Positions 48,885-58,362 of a stretch of DNA of 64,000 nucleotides are shown here, piece after piece; positions within the stretch are counted from its first letter, which is position 1, and each line of letters begins with the position of its first letter. The stretch covers positions 1-64,000 of the forward strand of contig JBGSZS010000011.1 in NCBI GenBank assembly GCA_041750285.1, read 5' to 3'. The position numbers and the translations under genes were made by a program. The notes below the pieces were generated by a model. It had not been told where the DNA came from, did not search any database, and saw only the letters and a program-made list of their open reading frames with translations. The DNA comes from Candidatus Fermentibacteraceae bacterium (GTDB lineage Bacteria > Fermentibacterota > Fermentibacteria > Fermentibacterales > JCC-6).

Positions 48885-50990
48885 ATGAAAACGGTTGTTG
48901 AAGGTTTGGTTTGCGGAAGAAAACTGACGCTTGAGACCGGCAGGATGGCAAAACAGGCGGGCGGAGCTGTTTATGTTCAGTACGGAGAGTCCGCCGTTCT
49001 GGTCGCGGCCTGCGCCCAGTCGATGAGCTACGATCCCGGGTTCTTTCCCCTCACCATCGAATACAGGGAACGCAGCTACGCGGCAGGCAAGATCCCGGGA
49101 GGCTTTTTCAAGAGGGAGGGAAGACCCAGCGAAAAGGAGATCCTCACCGCCCGTCTCATCGACAGGCCTCTGAGGCCCCTTTTCGGGGATGGATTCAAGG
49201 ACGAGGTTCAGGTCTACTGCCTGGTCCTCAGTTCCGACGATGAGAACGATCCCGCCCTTCTTGCCATGATCGGGTCCAGCGCCGCCCTCCTCATTAGCGA
49301 CATTCCATGGGACGGTCCCGTCTCCTCCGTGAGGGTCGGCCGCATAGATGGCGAGATCATCGTCAACCCCACTGTGCAGCAGCTCGAGGAGAGCGATCTC
49401 GACCTTGTCGTGGCCTGCCGCGGGGAAGAAGTGGTGATGCTCGAGGGCAGTTCCAGGGAGCTTCCGGAAGACGTGGTGGCCACCGCCATACAAATGGGGG
49501 CCGCCGAAGCCGCCAGGATCAACGCTCTCCAGTTGAACCTCATGCAGCTCGCCGGCAAACCGAAACGTGTTTTCGAAACCGTCTCCCTTCCGGAAGGACT
49601 TTACGAAAAGGTCTATCCCGTGGTCGCTCAGGAGATCGGAAAGCACTACGGTCACGGCGGCAAGGAAGAGATGGCCTCGGCGTTCACGAAGGCCCTTGAG
49701 ATACTGGGCGACCCCGAGGGCGGGTTCGCCCGCGAAGCGGAGGAGAACGGCTGGCAGGACCATGTGCGGAAGGCCGCTTACAAGGCCGAGAAGGATTATT
49801 ACCGCAGCCGGCTTCTGGGAGACGGGGTCAGGTATGACGGGCGTCTCAGGAACGACGTCAGGAACATAACCTGCGAGATCAGCGTTCTTCCGAGAACGCA
49901 TGGATCCGCCCTCTTCACAAGGGGCGAGACCCAGGCGCTCGTGGCGGCCACGCTCGGCGGCGCCAGGGATGAACAGAGGGTCGACGACCTTATGGGCGAG
50001 TTCTTCAAGAGCTTCATGCTGCACTACAACTTCCCGTCATTCAGCGTGGGCGAGGTCAAGCCCATCCGCGGTCCCGGCCGTCGGGAGATCGGGCACGGTC
50101 ACCTCGCCGAAACCGCCATACAGGCAGTCATTCCCAAGGACTTCAACTATACGATCCGCGTGGTCAGCGACATCCTCGAGAGCAACGGCTCATCCTCACA
50201 GGCCACCGTATGCGGTGCCTCGCTGTGTCTGATGGACGCAGGGGTACCCCTCACCGGCCACGTTGCGGGTGTCGCGCTGGGTCTTGTGACCGATGGCAGG
50301 AACAGCATCGTCCTCAGTGATATCGCCGGCGCGGAAGACCACCTCGGCGACATGGACCTCAAGATCGCCGGCACCCGCAACGGCATAACGGCGATCCAGA
50401 TGGACCTGAAGGTCGAGGGAGTCACCCAGGAACTCCTCGTGGGCGCCTTCCTTCAGGCCAGGGAGAACAGGCTTCACATCCTCGAGAGGATGGAGGAGTG
50501 CATCGAAAGCCCCAGGGATGACCTCAGCCCACATGCTCCCCGGATCATCACCATGCAGATCGACAGGGACAAGATCGGCAAGCTCATCGGTCCCGGCGGC
50601 AAGAACATAAGGGCCATAACCGAAGAGTCGGGCGCCGAGATCAACATCGCCGACGACGGCACTGTCACTATCCTCACCAACGACGGGAACAAGGCGAAGA
50701 AGGCGGTGAAGATGGTCGAGGCGTGCGTTGGCGTTCCCAAGGAGGGCAAGATCTACGAGGGAACCGTCAGCAGTATCCAGGCTTTCGGGGCGTTCGTGGA
50801 GATAATGCCCGGCATCGACGGGCTCCTGCACATAAGCCAGATATCGGACAAGCGGATAACCGAGGTAAAGGATGTACTGAGGCGCGGCCAGCAGGTCAGG
50901 GTCAAGGTCACCAAGGTCAGGGATGACGGCAAGATAGACCTGACCATGAAAAACCTCGAGGAAACCGTGGAAACGGAAGAAGAGGCCTGA
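48885..50990 (+). CDS. pnp: Polyribonucleotide nucleotidyltransferase
   Basis: GKIPGGFFKREG, HGSALFTRGETQ, ESNGSSS and DHLGDMD motifs, KH and S1 domains. Confidence 0.97.
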   Translation: MKTVVEGLVCGRKLTLETGRMAKQAGGAVYVQYGESAVLVAACAQSMSYDPGFFPLTIEYRERSYAAGKIPGGFFKREGRPSEKEILTARLIDRPLRPLFGDGFKDEVQVYCLVLSSDDENDPALLAMIGSSAALLISDIPWDGPVSSVRVGRIDGEIIVNPTVQQLEESDLDLVVACRGEEVVMLEGSSRELPEDVVATAIQMGAAEAARINALQLNLMQLAGKPKRVFETVSLPEGLYEKVYPVVAQEIGKHYGHGGKEEMASAFTKALEILGDPEGGFAREAEENGWQDHVRKAAYKAEKDYYRSRLLGDGVRYDGRLRNDVRNITCEISVLPRTHGSALFTRGETQALVAATLGGARDEQRVDDLMGEFFKSFMLHYNFPSFSVGEVKPIRGPGRREIGHGHLAETAIQAVIPKDFNYTIRVVSDILESNGSSSQATVCGASLCLMDAGVPLTGHVAGVALGLVTDGRNSIVLSDIAGAEDHLGDMDLKIAGTRNGITAIQMDLKVEGVTQELLVGAFLQARENRLHILERMEECIESPRDDLSPHAPRIITMQIDRDKIGKLIGPGGKNIRAITEESGAEINIADDGTVTILTNDGNKAKKAVKMVEACVGVPKEGKIYEGTVSSIQAFGAFVEIMPGIDGLLHISQISDKRITEVKDVLRRGQQVRVKVTKVRDDGKIDLTMKNLEETVETEEEA

Positions 50991-50997
50991 TACCGCA

Positions 50998-51444
50998 ATG
51001 GGAAGCGCCGTCGTTTTCAGGGTTCTTCCGGAGGGTGAGGGGTTGCCTGTTCCCGAACAGGCAACCCCGGGCTCATCGGGAGTCGATCTGTTTGCGGCTG
51101 TCTCCCGCGACCTGATCCTCGATCCGGGCGAGAGGGCCCTTGTATCCGCGGGGATAGCGGTATCGATCCCCACGGGGTTCGAGTGGCAGATCCGCCCCCG
51201 AAGCGGCCTTGCCCTTAGACACGGCGTGACGGTCCTCAACTCTCCGGGAACCGTTGATTGCGATTACAGGGGACCTGTCGGCGTCATCCTGGTGAACCTC
51301 GGAGATGCGCCGTTCGTGGTCCATCGCGGCGACAGGATCGCCCAGGCCGTATTGACGCGTGTGGAACCCCAGGTCCTGTCCCGCGCGTCTTCCCTTACCG
51401 AAACCGAGAGGGGGGACGGCGGCTTTGGTCACACTGGTGTGTAG
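50998..51444 (+). CDS. dut: dUTP diphosphatase
   Basis: GVDL, RPRSGLA, NSPGTVDCDYRG and RGDGGFGHTG motifs. Confidence 0.96.
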   Translation: MGSAVVFRVLPEGEGLPVPEQATPGSSGVDLFAAVSRDLILDPGERALVSAGIAVSIPTGFEWQIRPRSGLALRHGVTVLNSPGTVDCDYRGPVGVILVNLGDAPFVVHRGDRIAQAVLTRVEPQVLSRASSLTETERGDGGFGHTGV

Positions 51445-51913
51445 GTATTCTGTCTTAATCATTCTTTCCGCATTCATCGGCTGTGCCTACAGCTTCCGCG
51501 GCAGCCTTCCGCCCGGCCTTGAAACCGTTGAAGTGTCCCAGTTCAGAAGCTCGGTGACCGAATACGGCCTCGAGACCGAACTGACTTCAATCGTGACCGA
51601 AACGATGGTGACCGATGGCCGCCTTGCCGTGGTGACGGCCAACCCCGACACCCGGGTTTCCGGACGCGTGACGGCTTTCACGAGGACCGCGGAGGAGTAC
51701 ACGGGTGGTGAACAGGTTCAAAGGTACCGCCTCGATCTCAGGGTTGAGATAACCATGGAGGATCTGAGGAACGAGGATTTCCTGATCCGGAACGAGACGG
51801 TCGCAGAGTGGATCCTTTACGACCCCGCTTCCGAAACCCTTTCGCAGGCCCGGGAGAGGCTCGTAAGGGAAGTTGCGGGGGAGATCGTCCAGAAATGCCT
51901 CTCCGGTTGGTAA
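51437..51913 (+). CDS. LptE-family lipoprotein
   Basis: Lipobox FIGC followed by YSFRGSLP, ends in W. GTG start overlaps dut. Confidence 0.7.
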   Translation: MCRYSVLIILSAFIGCAYSFRGSLPPGLETVEVSQFRSSVTEYGLETELTSIVTETMVTDGRLAVVTANPDTRVSGRVTAFTRTAEEYTGGEQVQRYRLDLRVEITMEDLRNEDFLIRNETVAEWILYDPASETLSQARERLVREVAGEIVQKCLSGW

Positions 51914-51923
51914 GGGGGATTCC

Positions 51924-52271
51924 ATGACTCGTACCGGCGCTGTCAAACTTGGCTGTCTGATATGGGTGGCGTTGATACTTCTCGTGATACTCTGGGGCTG
52001 GAAACTGCTTGATTTCTACGTTCTGGGTCCTGCGGCGGTCAAAAAGGTCATGAACGAAACCTGGAGCGAGGTCAACTCGTTCGCACAGACTCCCGTAAAA
52101 CAGGCCGAGTACATGACGAGATGGAACCAGTGGAAACGCGAGCAGTCCATTCCATTCGTCTACTCCGGTTTCATGGGGGATTCATTCGTGGTGGAATGGA
52201 GCGACACGCTTCCCGTGCCGGTCTTCCCCGACATAACGCACAAGTTCCGCCTGGCAAGAATCGTCTACTGA
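51924..52271 (+). CDS. Hypothetical single-pass membrane protein
   Basis: RBS AAGGGGG, N-terminal TM helix. Confidence 0.6.
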   Translation: MTRTGAVKLGCLIWVALILLVILWGWKLLDFYVLGPAAVKKVMNETWSEVNSFAQTPVKQAEYMTRWNQWKREQSIPFVYSGFMGDSFVVEWSDTLPVPVFPDITHKFRLARIVY

Positions 52272-52272
52272 C

Positions 52273-52449
52273 ATGTCTATATCGGGCGACTGGCGCGACA
52301 GGCATTCGCAACGCAGTTCGGGGGGGAGGGTTCTCTTCTACATCATACTTCTGGCGGTCACGGTCATCCTGATCCTCAAGGCCGGCGACTTCTCAAGGGG
52401 TTTCACCGAGATCTTCCTTCAGGGGAACACGGCGGGAGAACCCAATTGA
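52273..52449 (+). CDS. Small membrane protein (58 aa), not in the ORF track
   Basis: MSISGDWRDRHSQRSSGGRVLFYIILLAVTVILILKAGDFSRGFTEIFLQGNTAGEPN fills the gap exactly, and its stop overlaps the next start (TTGA). Confidence 0.65.
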   Translation: MSISGDWRDRHSQRSSGGRVLFYIILLAVTVILILKAGDFSRGFTEIFLQGNTAGEPN

Positions 52450-53288
52450 TCTTCGATGCCCACTGTGACACCATGGTCAGGGCCGAATCACCCGAAGCCT
52501 TCCTTTCGGGAGGCGGCAAATGCCATGTCGATCTTCCGGGCCTCCGCGAGTCAGGGGTAGCACACCTCGTAACGGCCCTGTGCATCGAACCCTACCCCGA
52601 GAGGCTCGCAGACGTCTGGGAGCACGGAACCCGCAATTTCAGGGAGTGTTCCCGTCTTTCCGGCGATGTGAGGCTTCACTTCGCCCTCGAGGGGTGCATG
52701 CCGCTTTATCTGGGCATGGAGTTGCCCGCACAACCGCTGGTCGCAAGCCTGACCTGGAACGGAGACAACCCGTACGGTTCAGGAATAGGCGGCAAGGGGG
52801 GCCTGACTTCGGCGGGGGAATCACTGGCACGGAGGCTCGATGCCCAGGGTACCCGCCTGGACGCATCCCACCTGAATGACAGGTCAAGGCAAGACCTGCT
52901 GTCAATGGGTATTCAAGTTTGCGCCACCCACTGCAACTCCAGGAAGCTGTGCGATTTCCCCCGCAACCTTCCCGATCCCGACCTGAAGGAGATAGCGGCA
53001 AACGGCGGAGTGATCGGTGTTACACTCGTGCCCGACTTCCTGCTTCCCGAAGGTGGTGACCCGTCGGTTTCCGATGTGGCCAGGCACATCGAGTACATCG
53101 CCGGGATCGCAGGCATCGATTCGGTGGGTCTGGGGTCGGATTTCGACGGCATCAAACTGCTTCCACGGGGTATCCGCAACGTGCTCGACATTCATCTGAT
53201 CTTCGATGAGCTGTCGAAGGCGGGATGGAACGACACTGACATCGCCAAGGTAAGTTCGGGCAACTGGATGAGGTTCTTTTCCCTGTAA
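52446..53288 (+). CDS. Membrane dipeptidase (peptidase M19)
   Basis: DAHCD, LEG, LTWN, DASH, THCN, RNL and GLGSDFDG motifs. Confidence 0.9.
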   Translation: MIFDAHCDTMVRAESPEAFLSGGGKCHVDLPGLRESGVAHLVTALCIEPYPERLADVWEHGTRNFRECSRLSGDVRLHFALEGCMPLYLGMELPAQPLVASLTWNGDNPYGSGIGGKGGLTSAGESLARRLDAQGTRLDASHLNDRSRQDLLSMGIQVCATHCNSRKLCDFPRNLPDPDLKEIAANGGVIGVTLVPDFLLPEGGDPSVSDVARHIEYIAGIAGIDSVGLGSDFDGIKLLPRGIRNVLDIHLIFDELSKAGWNDTDIAKVSSGNWMRFFSL

Positions 53289-53307
53289 CCTTTAACGGAG
53301 GTTATTC

Positions 53308-54084
53308 TTGAAGTACGCACTGCTTTTCCTTGCATCCGCGGTCCTGCTGGCCCAGACACCACTGGAATTCGGGATAATCGACGACCTCATCAGGGGTGAG
53401 CCCTACATCAGTCCCCTGAGCATAGAGATCCTCCAGGGCACACCTGCGCCCGGGAACGCAACGCTGAGAATGGCGCTCAGAACCGGAGTCGTCTTCTCGG
53501 ACGAGGGATCCTTCATTTTCGTGGATTCCCTCGCAGACCGGGTCAACCTCATGGGCAGGGCCGATTACAGGGGGCTTGTCGACAATGCCGCCATCACCCG
53601 GCTCTTCAGTGCGGTGAGAAGCAACATGCGCGTTCACGGCACTTCCGGGATCACGCATTTCGCCATCGATCTTGTGACCCCCGACGACATGGGCTGGGTG
53701 TCGCTGGAAACCGACGTCTCCAGGGTTGACAGTCTTCTTGGGGGCTTGATCTCACCCTATGAGTTCTGGAACTCTGTCAGGATCGTCCAGATTCAGGTCG
53801 GGATGGCCTGTTTTTCCCTGAACGTGGGCATCTTCGACGCCACTCAGGTACCGGATGCCGTTTTGCCGCAGGTGGTGGAAACCCGCGTGTCCACCGGTTC
53901 ACACGCATGGAAGTCCCTGGTTCTTCCGGGCTGGGGGCAGTTCTCCTCGGGCACGGGGATTCCCCTGATCAACATTCTGGCCGAGGCGGGAGGCATTGCC
54001 CTCATCCTCAGTGATGATTATTTGAACGTGGGTGTGGGGGTGCTTGCGCTCAACCACATCATCAGCTTCACGGACCTTCTCTGA
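53308..54084 (+). CDS. Hypothetical exported protein
   Basis: RBS GGAGG, signal peptide, C-terminal SLVLPGWGQ membrane motif. Confidence 0.6.
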   Translation: MKYALLFLASAVLLAQTPLEFGIIDDLIRGEPYISPLSIEILQGTPAPGNATLRMALRTGVVFSDEGSFIFVDSLADRVNLMGRADYRGLVDNAAITRLFSAVRSNMRVHGTSGITHFAIDLVTPDDMGWVSLETDVSRVDSLLGGLISPYEFWNSVRIVQIQVGMACFSLNVGIFDATQVPDAVLPQVVETRVSTGSHAWKSLVLPGWGQFSSGTGIPLINILAEAGGIALILSDDYLNVGVGVLALNHIISFTDLL

Positions 54085-54105
54085 CGGTACGGGGGGAAAC
54101 GAAGA

Positions 54106-54402
54106 ATGCGGGATTTTTCGTATTTCGCAACTCTGCTGGGGCTGGTCTTCTGGGGCCTTGCCTTCTGGAACGGCCCTGAGAGCGGCTTCTGGAAACTCGG
54201 CAAGCCCGGTCTGTTCATGCTCGCCGTTGCGGTTCTCTTCTTCCTTGTTGATTACCTCATCCCATCCAGAAGGCCTAGAAGAAGGCACAAGGTGCGCAGC
54301 GAGACCGCCCGGAAATGCAGCGTCTGCGGAAAGCCGGCACTGAGCGGAAGCCAGTTCTGCAGCTACCACGCGAAGTACGGTTCAGACGGCGAAGCAAGGT
54401 AG
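54106..54402 (+). CDS. Small membrane protein with C-terminal zinc-finger-like motif
   Basis: Two TM helices followed by CSVC...FCSYH. Confidence 0.6.
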   Translation: MRDFSYFATLLGLVFWGLAFWNGPESGFWKLGKPGLFMLAVAVLFFLVDYLIPSRRPRRRHKVRSETARKCSVCGKPALSGSQFCSYHAKYGSDGEAR

Positions 54403-54406
54403 AACG

Positions 54407-55390
54407 ATCCGGCGCAATTCACTGCTTCTGCTGGTCCTGATCGTGGTTCTCGCGGCGGGGGTCGCCACAAGGCTTTCAAACCCCCCCGCCGAGGAGACCC
54501 GCAGGACATTTCCCGCACTCGGGACCTTCGCCACCATCATCATCGAAACCTCGGGGGATCTCGATCCGGAAGCCATGATAACCGGGGCCGACTCCCTCCT
54601 GCGCAGTATCGAGGCTGAAACCGGGAGGTTTCCCGGGCAGGCCGTTCATGAGATCAACCTTGCCGGGGGTGCCGCGCTTTCATCGCTTGGTCCGCACATG
54701 CTCCGGGTCCTCGCGCTCAGCGATTCCGTATTCCATGCAACCGGCGGGCTCTTTGACCCGACATCCGGAGCTCTCGTAGAGGCATGGGGTTTTCCTGACG
54801 ATCCCCACCTGCCCACGGAGGCGGAACTGGAGTCGGCGCTGGGTGCTACGGGCTGGCAGCTCCTGGAATTCCGGAACGACTCGATCCTGTTGACCGAGGG
54901 CATGAAACTCGATTTCGGCGCTGTGGCGAAGGGCTACGCCGTTGACCGGGTCTACGAGTACCTGCTTTCATGCGGGGCCCGTTCCTGTCTGGTCGAGGTT
55001 GGAGGTGAGGTCAGGTGCGGCGGCGGGAGATTGTGGCGGGTCGCGGTGCGCCATCCCCGGAACACCGGTTACTACACCATATACGAGATGAGGTCGGGTG
55101 CGCTTGCGACAAGCGGCGACTACGAATGCTACCTTATTCATGAGGGCGTCAGGTACAGCCACCTGATCGATCCGTTCACCGGTTTCTCCGGAACGGGAGC
55201 CCAGTCCGCCACGGTGTTCGCCGAAACCTGCGGAAGGGCCGACGCATACGCAACCGCCGCCGCGGTTGGGGGGCGTGAGGCGGTCGGGGGCTTTGACATG
55301 GACGGTGTTCTTGGCATACTGCTGCTTACGGAAGACGGGAACGGGGAGGTGTCATCCTGGAGCACGGGCGTTCTCCCGAATTCACGCTGA
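54407..55390 (+). CDS. apbE: FAD:protein FMN transferase ApbE
   Basis: LGT, FDPT, DFGAVAKGYAVD, ATSGDYE, HLIDP and ADAYAT motifs. Start uncertain (ATC 54407 or GTG 54443). Confidence 0.9.
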   Translation: MRRNSLLLLVLIVVLAAGVATRLSNPPAEETRRTFPALGTFATIIIETSGDLDPEAMITGADSLLRSIEAETGRFPGQAVHEINLAGGAALSSLGPHMLRVLALSDSVFHATGGLFDPTSGALVEAWGFPDDPHLPTEAELESALGATGWQLLEFRNDSILLTEGMKLDFGAVAKGYAVDRVYEYLLSCGARSCLVEVGGEVRCGGGRLWRVAVRHPRNTGYYTIYEMRSGALATSGDYECYLIHEGVRYSHLIDPFTGFSGTGAQSATVFAETCGRADAYATAAAVGGREAVGGFDMDGVLGILLLTEDGNGEVSSWSTGVLPNSR

Positions 55391-56199
55391 AGGAAGATGC
55401 GGGTCTCCGCTGTCTGATCTGCCCCCACAGGTGCCTCTGGACTGAGTCCCGCCCGTCCGGCCTTTGCCGGGTCAGGGGGGCGGAGCTTTCCGGCTACGGG
55501 CAATGCATCGGCATGGCAGTCGATCCGATTGAAAAGAAACCCCTGGCCATGTTCAGACCTGGATCCAGGCTTCTTTCCACCGGTCCGCCGGGCTGCAACC
55601 TTTCGTGCAGCCACTGCCAGAACTGGCAGAGTTCGCAGGGCTCACCGCCCACCGTGTACCGCTCTCCAATGGAGCTTGCGGAACTCGCGCTCACATGCAG
55701 TGACGGCATCGCCTTCACTTATACCGAACCGGTGGTGTGGTACGAGTACGTGATGGACACGGCTCCTCTGGTCAGGTCCGGGGGGGGGATGGCTGTGATG
55801 GTCAGCAACGGTTTCGTGAACCCCGAACCCCTGAGAAGGCTGCTCTCGGTCACCGATGCATGGAACGTTGATCTGAAGGCATGGAACGACGAATTCTACC
55901 GCCGGAACTGCAAGGGCAGCCTCCATCCCGTGCTGGAAACACTCGCAACGATCGCAGGGTCGGGCGTTCACCTTGAAGTGACCTACCTTGTCATCCCGGG
56001 AGAGAACGACTCCGAGACGGACTGGGACCGGGCGGCCCGGTGGCTGGCCGCCAACTGCGGCGGGAACACCCCGGTTCACGTATCACGCTATTTTCCGAGG
56101 TACAGGCAGACCAGACCCGCCACTGCTGTCGAATGCGTTCTGAGGGCAGCCCGTGTGTTCGGCACTCATTTGAAGCACGTTTTCCCGGGGAATGTTTGA
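55357..56199 (+). CDS. amrS: AmmeMemoRadiSam-type radical SAM enzyme (probable CTG start)
   Basis: N-terminal CLICPHRC...GLCRVR lies in frame upstream of ATG 55513. Also DPIEKKPL, GCNLSCSHCQNW, FTYTEP and HVSRYFP. CTG 55357 follows GGAGGT. Confidence 0.85.
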   Translation: MEHGRSPEFTLKEDAGLRCLICPHRCLWTESRPSGLCRVRGAELSGYGQCIGMAVDPIEKKPLAMFRPGSRLLSTGPPGCNLSCSHCQNWQSSQGSPPTVYRSPMELAELALTCSDGIAFTYTEPVVWYEYVMDTAPLVRSGGGMAVMVSNGFVNPEPLRRLLSVTDAWNVDLKAWNDEFYRRNCKGSLHPVLETLATIAGSGVHLEVTYLVIPGENDSETDWDRAARWLAANCGGNTPVHVSRYFPRYRQTRPATAVECVLRAARVFGTHLKHVFPGNV

Positions 56200-56560
56200 G
56201 ATGAAGCTCCTGCGTCCCGGTGACATCCTGCCGGTGGTGCTTGCGCTGGGTGCTGCGCTGCTGACCGGCGGACAGAGCGGGAAAACGGACCGCACCCATG
56301 TGCGTCTGGTCACCCCCGATCGAACGGCGGCCATTTCGCTTTATGCGGATACTCTCATATCGATACCCGTCAGGGACGGGATCACAGTGGTGGAGATCGG
56401 GGCCGGAAGTGCAAGGATCAGGTCGTCACCCTGTCCCAGCGGGACATGCGTGGGAACGGGATGGATATCGAGGCCGGGTCAGGCTGCCGTGTGCATGCCG
56501 GAAGGAGTATCCATCGAGATAAGGGGCGAAGGGGTGGAGCCGGACGCCGTCAGTTACTGA
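56192..56560 (+). CDS. NusG domain II-like exported protein
   Basis: GDIL N-terminus and SPCP..TCV.TGWI..PGQ..VCMP motif. Near apbE, as is typical for this family. Confidence 0.85.
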   Translation: MFEMKLLRPGDILPVVLALGAALLTGGQSGKTDRTHVRLVTPDRTAAISLYADTLISIPVRDGITVVEIGAGSARIRSSPCPSGTCVGTGWISRPGQAAVCMPEGVSIEIRGEGVEPDAVSY

Positions 56561-56582
56561 GAGGCGCCCGGCCCGAAGTCAG

Positions 56583-56873
56583 CTAATGGCAGCCGTGCCC
56601 GGGGCAGCCCTGACAGTCCGTTTCCACGGTCTCCACGATGGGAGCCGACGTTTCCGCGGCTCTTGAGAGGGAATCGCACGAGCAGTCCTCGCATTCGGAT
56701 TCACAGGTGCGCTCATCCGTGGAGCTTTCACACCCGGCTTCACACGTGCTTTCCGCAGAGGTGCACTCATTGTCTTCCCCAGTGCACGGACTGTCGTCGA
56801 GGCCGACCGCGAAAGCGGCACCTGCCAGCAGTGCAAGCAGGATCATCGTTACCCTGAAGGTCCTTTTTTTCAT
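56583..56873 (-). CDS. Secreted Cys-rich acidic protein (96 aa, 11 Cys)
   Basis: Signal peptide ending AFA, repeated CExxC motifs, C-terminal CQGCPGHGCH. RBS GGAG. Confidence 0.7.
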   Translation of the reverse strand: MKKRTFRVTMILLALLAGAAFAVGLDDSPCTGEDNECTSAESTCEAGCESSTDERTCESECEDCSCDSLSRAAETSAPIVETVETDCQGCPGHGCH

Positions 56874-56900
56874 CACTTCTCCATGAACTGACACCAAATG

Positions 56901-57026
56901 TCAGCAGCAGGGGTGTTCGTCGTTCTTATCACCGTGGCATTCCCTGACCTGGTCATCGGAACATTCAGCGGGTTTGCCCTTCAGCCTGTCCGGGTTCTGG
57001 CAGCAGCACTTGTCCTGATCACACAC
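56901..57026 (-). CDS. Metallothionein-like peptide (41 aa, 8 Cys, 2 His), not in the ORF track
   Basis: AAAGGAG-N6-GTG, translating as MCDQDKCCCQNPDRLKGKPAECSDDQVRECHGDKNDEHPCC. Confidence 0.75.
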   Translation of the reverse strand: MCDQDKCCCQNPDRLKGKPAECSDDQVRECHGDKNDEHPCC

Positions 57027-57068
57027 GAACGGCTCCTTTCGGATAAAAGCTTAAGTAACTACGCATAT

Positions 57069-57097
57069 ACTTTACCAAGGGAAGCCGATCCCGTCAA
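57069..57097 (-). promoter_or_regulatory. Sigma70-like promoter for the Cys-rich gene pair
   Basis: TTGACG-N17-TAAAGT with TG extension on the minus strand. Confidence 0.6.
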
Positions 57098-58302
57098 TGC
57101 CCCGCAACAGCGCCCGGGTACTCACGAAGCGCCTGCTTGAGGATTCCAAGCGCCTTGCGCATGTCGTCGTCGTTTATCACGTAGGCGAGCCTGATCTCGT
57201 CCTCTCCCTTGCCGGGCGTCGCGTAGAAGCCCGCTGCGGGGGAAACCATCACCGTTGCGCCGTCTACGCTGAAATCGGAGAGAAGCCACGCCGCGAACCT
57301 GTCCGCGTTGTCCACCGGTACCCTGATCGTGGCGTAGAAGGCTCCTTCCGGTCTGAGGAAGAAAACGCCCGGTACCCCTTCCAGTTCCTGCATGAGCAGG
57401 TCGCGGCGGCGCTGGTAGGTAAGGGCCACGTCATGGTAGTAGGAGGCTCCGAGGTTCTCATAGATCCAGGCGGCTCCGTACTGGGCCATGGTGGGGGGGC
57501 AGAGCCTCGCCTGTCCGAGCTTGAGAATGCCTGCCATGACGTCATCGTTGAGGCAGATGAGGTTGCCGAGCCTTGCTCCGCAGCTGCTGAACCTCTTGCT
57601 GATGGAATCCATGACCATTACGCGGTCGGCGATTCCGGGGAACTCAAGGACTGAAACGTGGCTGCCGCCGTCGAAAACGAAGTCGCGGTAGACCTCGTCG
57701 GAAAGGAGGAACAGGTCGTGCTTTTCAACGATGTCCGCAAGTACGCCAATCTCCTCCCTGCCGAGTACCGTGCCGGTCGGGTTGTTGGGGCTGCAGATGA
57801 GGATGGCCTGCGTGCGGGGGGTGATGACGGCCTCGATGGCTTCCCTCGGAGGAAGATGAAAACCGTTCTCGACGGAGCTGGTCACCGGCACCAGTGTGAT
57901 GCCGGCCATGGATGCGAAGCCGTTGTAGTTCGTATAGAAGGGCTCGAAGCACACTACTTCACCGCCGTGGCTGCACGCCGCCATGAAGGCGAAGTACACG
58001 GCCTCGCTCCCGCCGGTGGTGATCATCACACGGTCGTCGGGAACCCTTATGCCGGCCCTTTCGTAGTAACCGGAAATGGCTTTTCTGAGAACGGCAAGCC
58101 CCTGGCTGGGGCCGTATGCAAGAACCCTGGGCTCGCTTTCCCTGATTGCCTGCCAGTAGTTCTGCGGTGTTGGGATGTCGGGCTGGCCGATATTGAGATG
58201 ATATACCTTCGTTCCCCTTCTCTCCGCCGCATCGGAGAGGGGGGTCAGTTTGCGGATCGGGGATGCCTGCATCGAGGCCACCCTTGCGCTGAGCTGAGCC
58301 AT
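57094..58302 (-). CDS. PLP-dependent aminotransferase class I/II
   Basis: LNIGQPD, PNNPTG, SDEVY and PLP-lysine SISKRFSSCGARLG. Confidence 0.93.
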   Translation of the reverse strand: MAQLSARVASMQASPIRKLTPLSDAAERRGTKVYHLNIGQPDIPTPQNYWQAIRESEPRVLAYGPSQGLAVLRKAISGYYERAGIRVPDDRVMITTGGSEAVYFAFMAACSHGGEVVCFEPFYTNYNGFASMAGITLVPVTSSVENGFHLPPREAIEAVITPRTQAILICSPNNPTGTVLGREEIGVLADIVEKHDLFLLSDEVYRDFVFDGGSHVSVLEFPGIADRVMVMDSISKRFSSCGARLGNLICLNDDVMAGILKLGQARLCPPTMAQYGAAWIYENLGASYYHDVALTYQRRRDLLMQELEGVPGVFFLRPEGAFYATIRVPVDNADRFAAWLLSDFSVDGATVMVSPAAGFYATPGKGEDEIRLAYVINDDDMRKALGILKQALREYPGAVAGH

Positions 58303-58362
58303 TTGAGCCTCCTGTGGAATAGCCTGTGAGTGTTCGGGGATTATACAACTTATATTCCGGCC

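Noticed and set aside
56583..57026. Selenocysteine read-through fusing the 41-aa peptide (…PCC-TGA) to the in-frame downstream Cys-rich gene
   Set aside because: The downstream gene has its own RBS and an N-terminal signal peptide, the hairpin includes the UGA rather than following it, and in-frame spacing occurs one time in three by chance.
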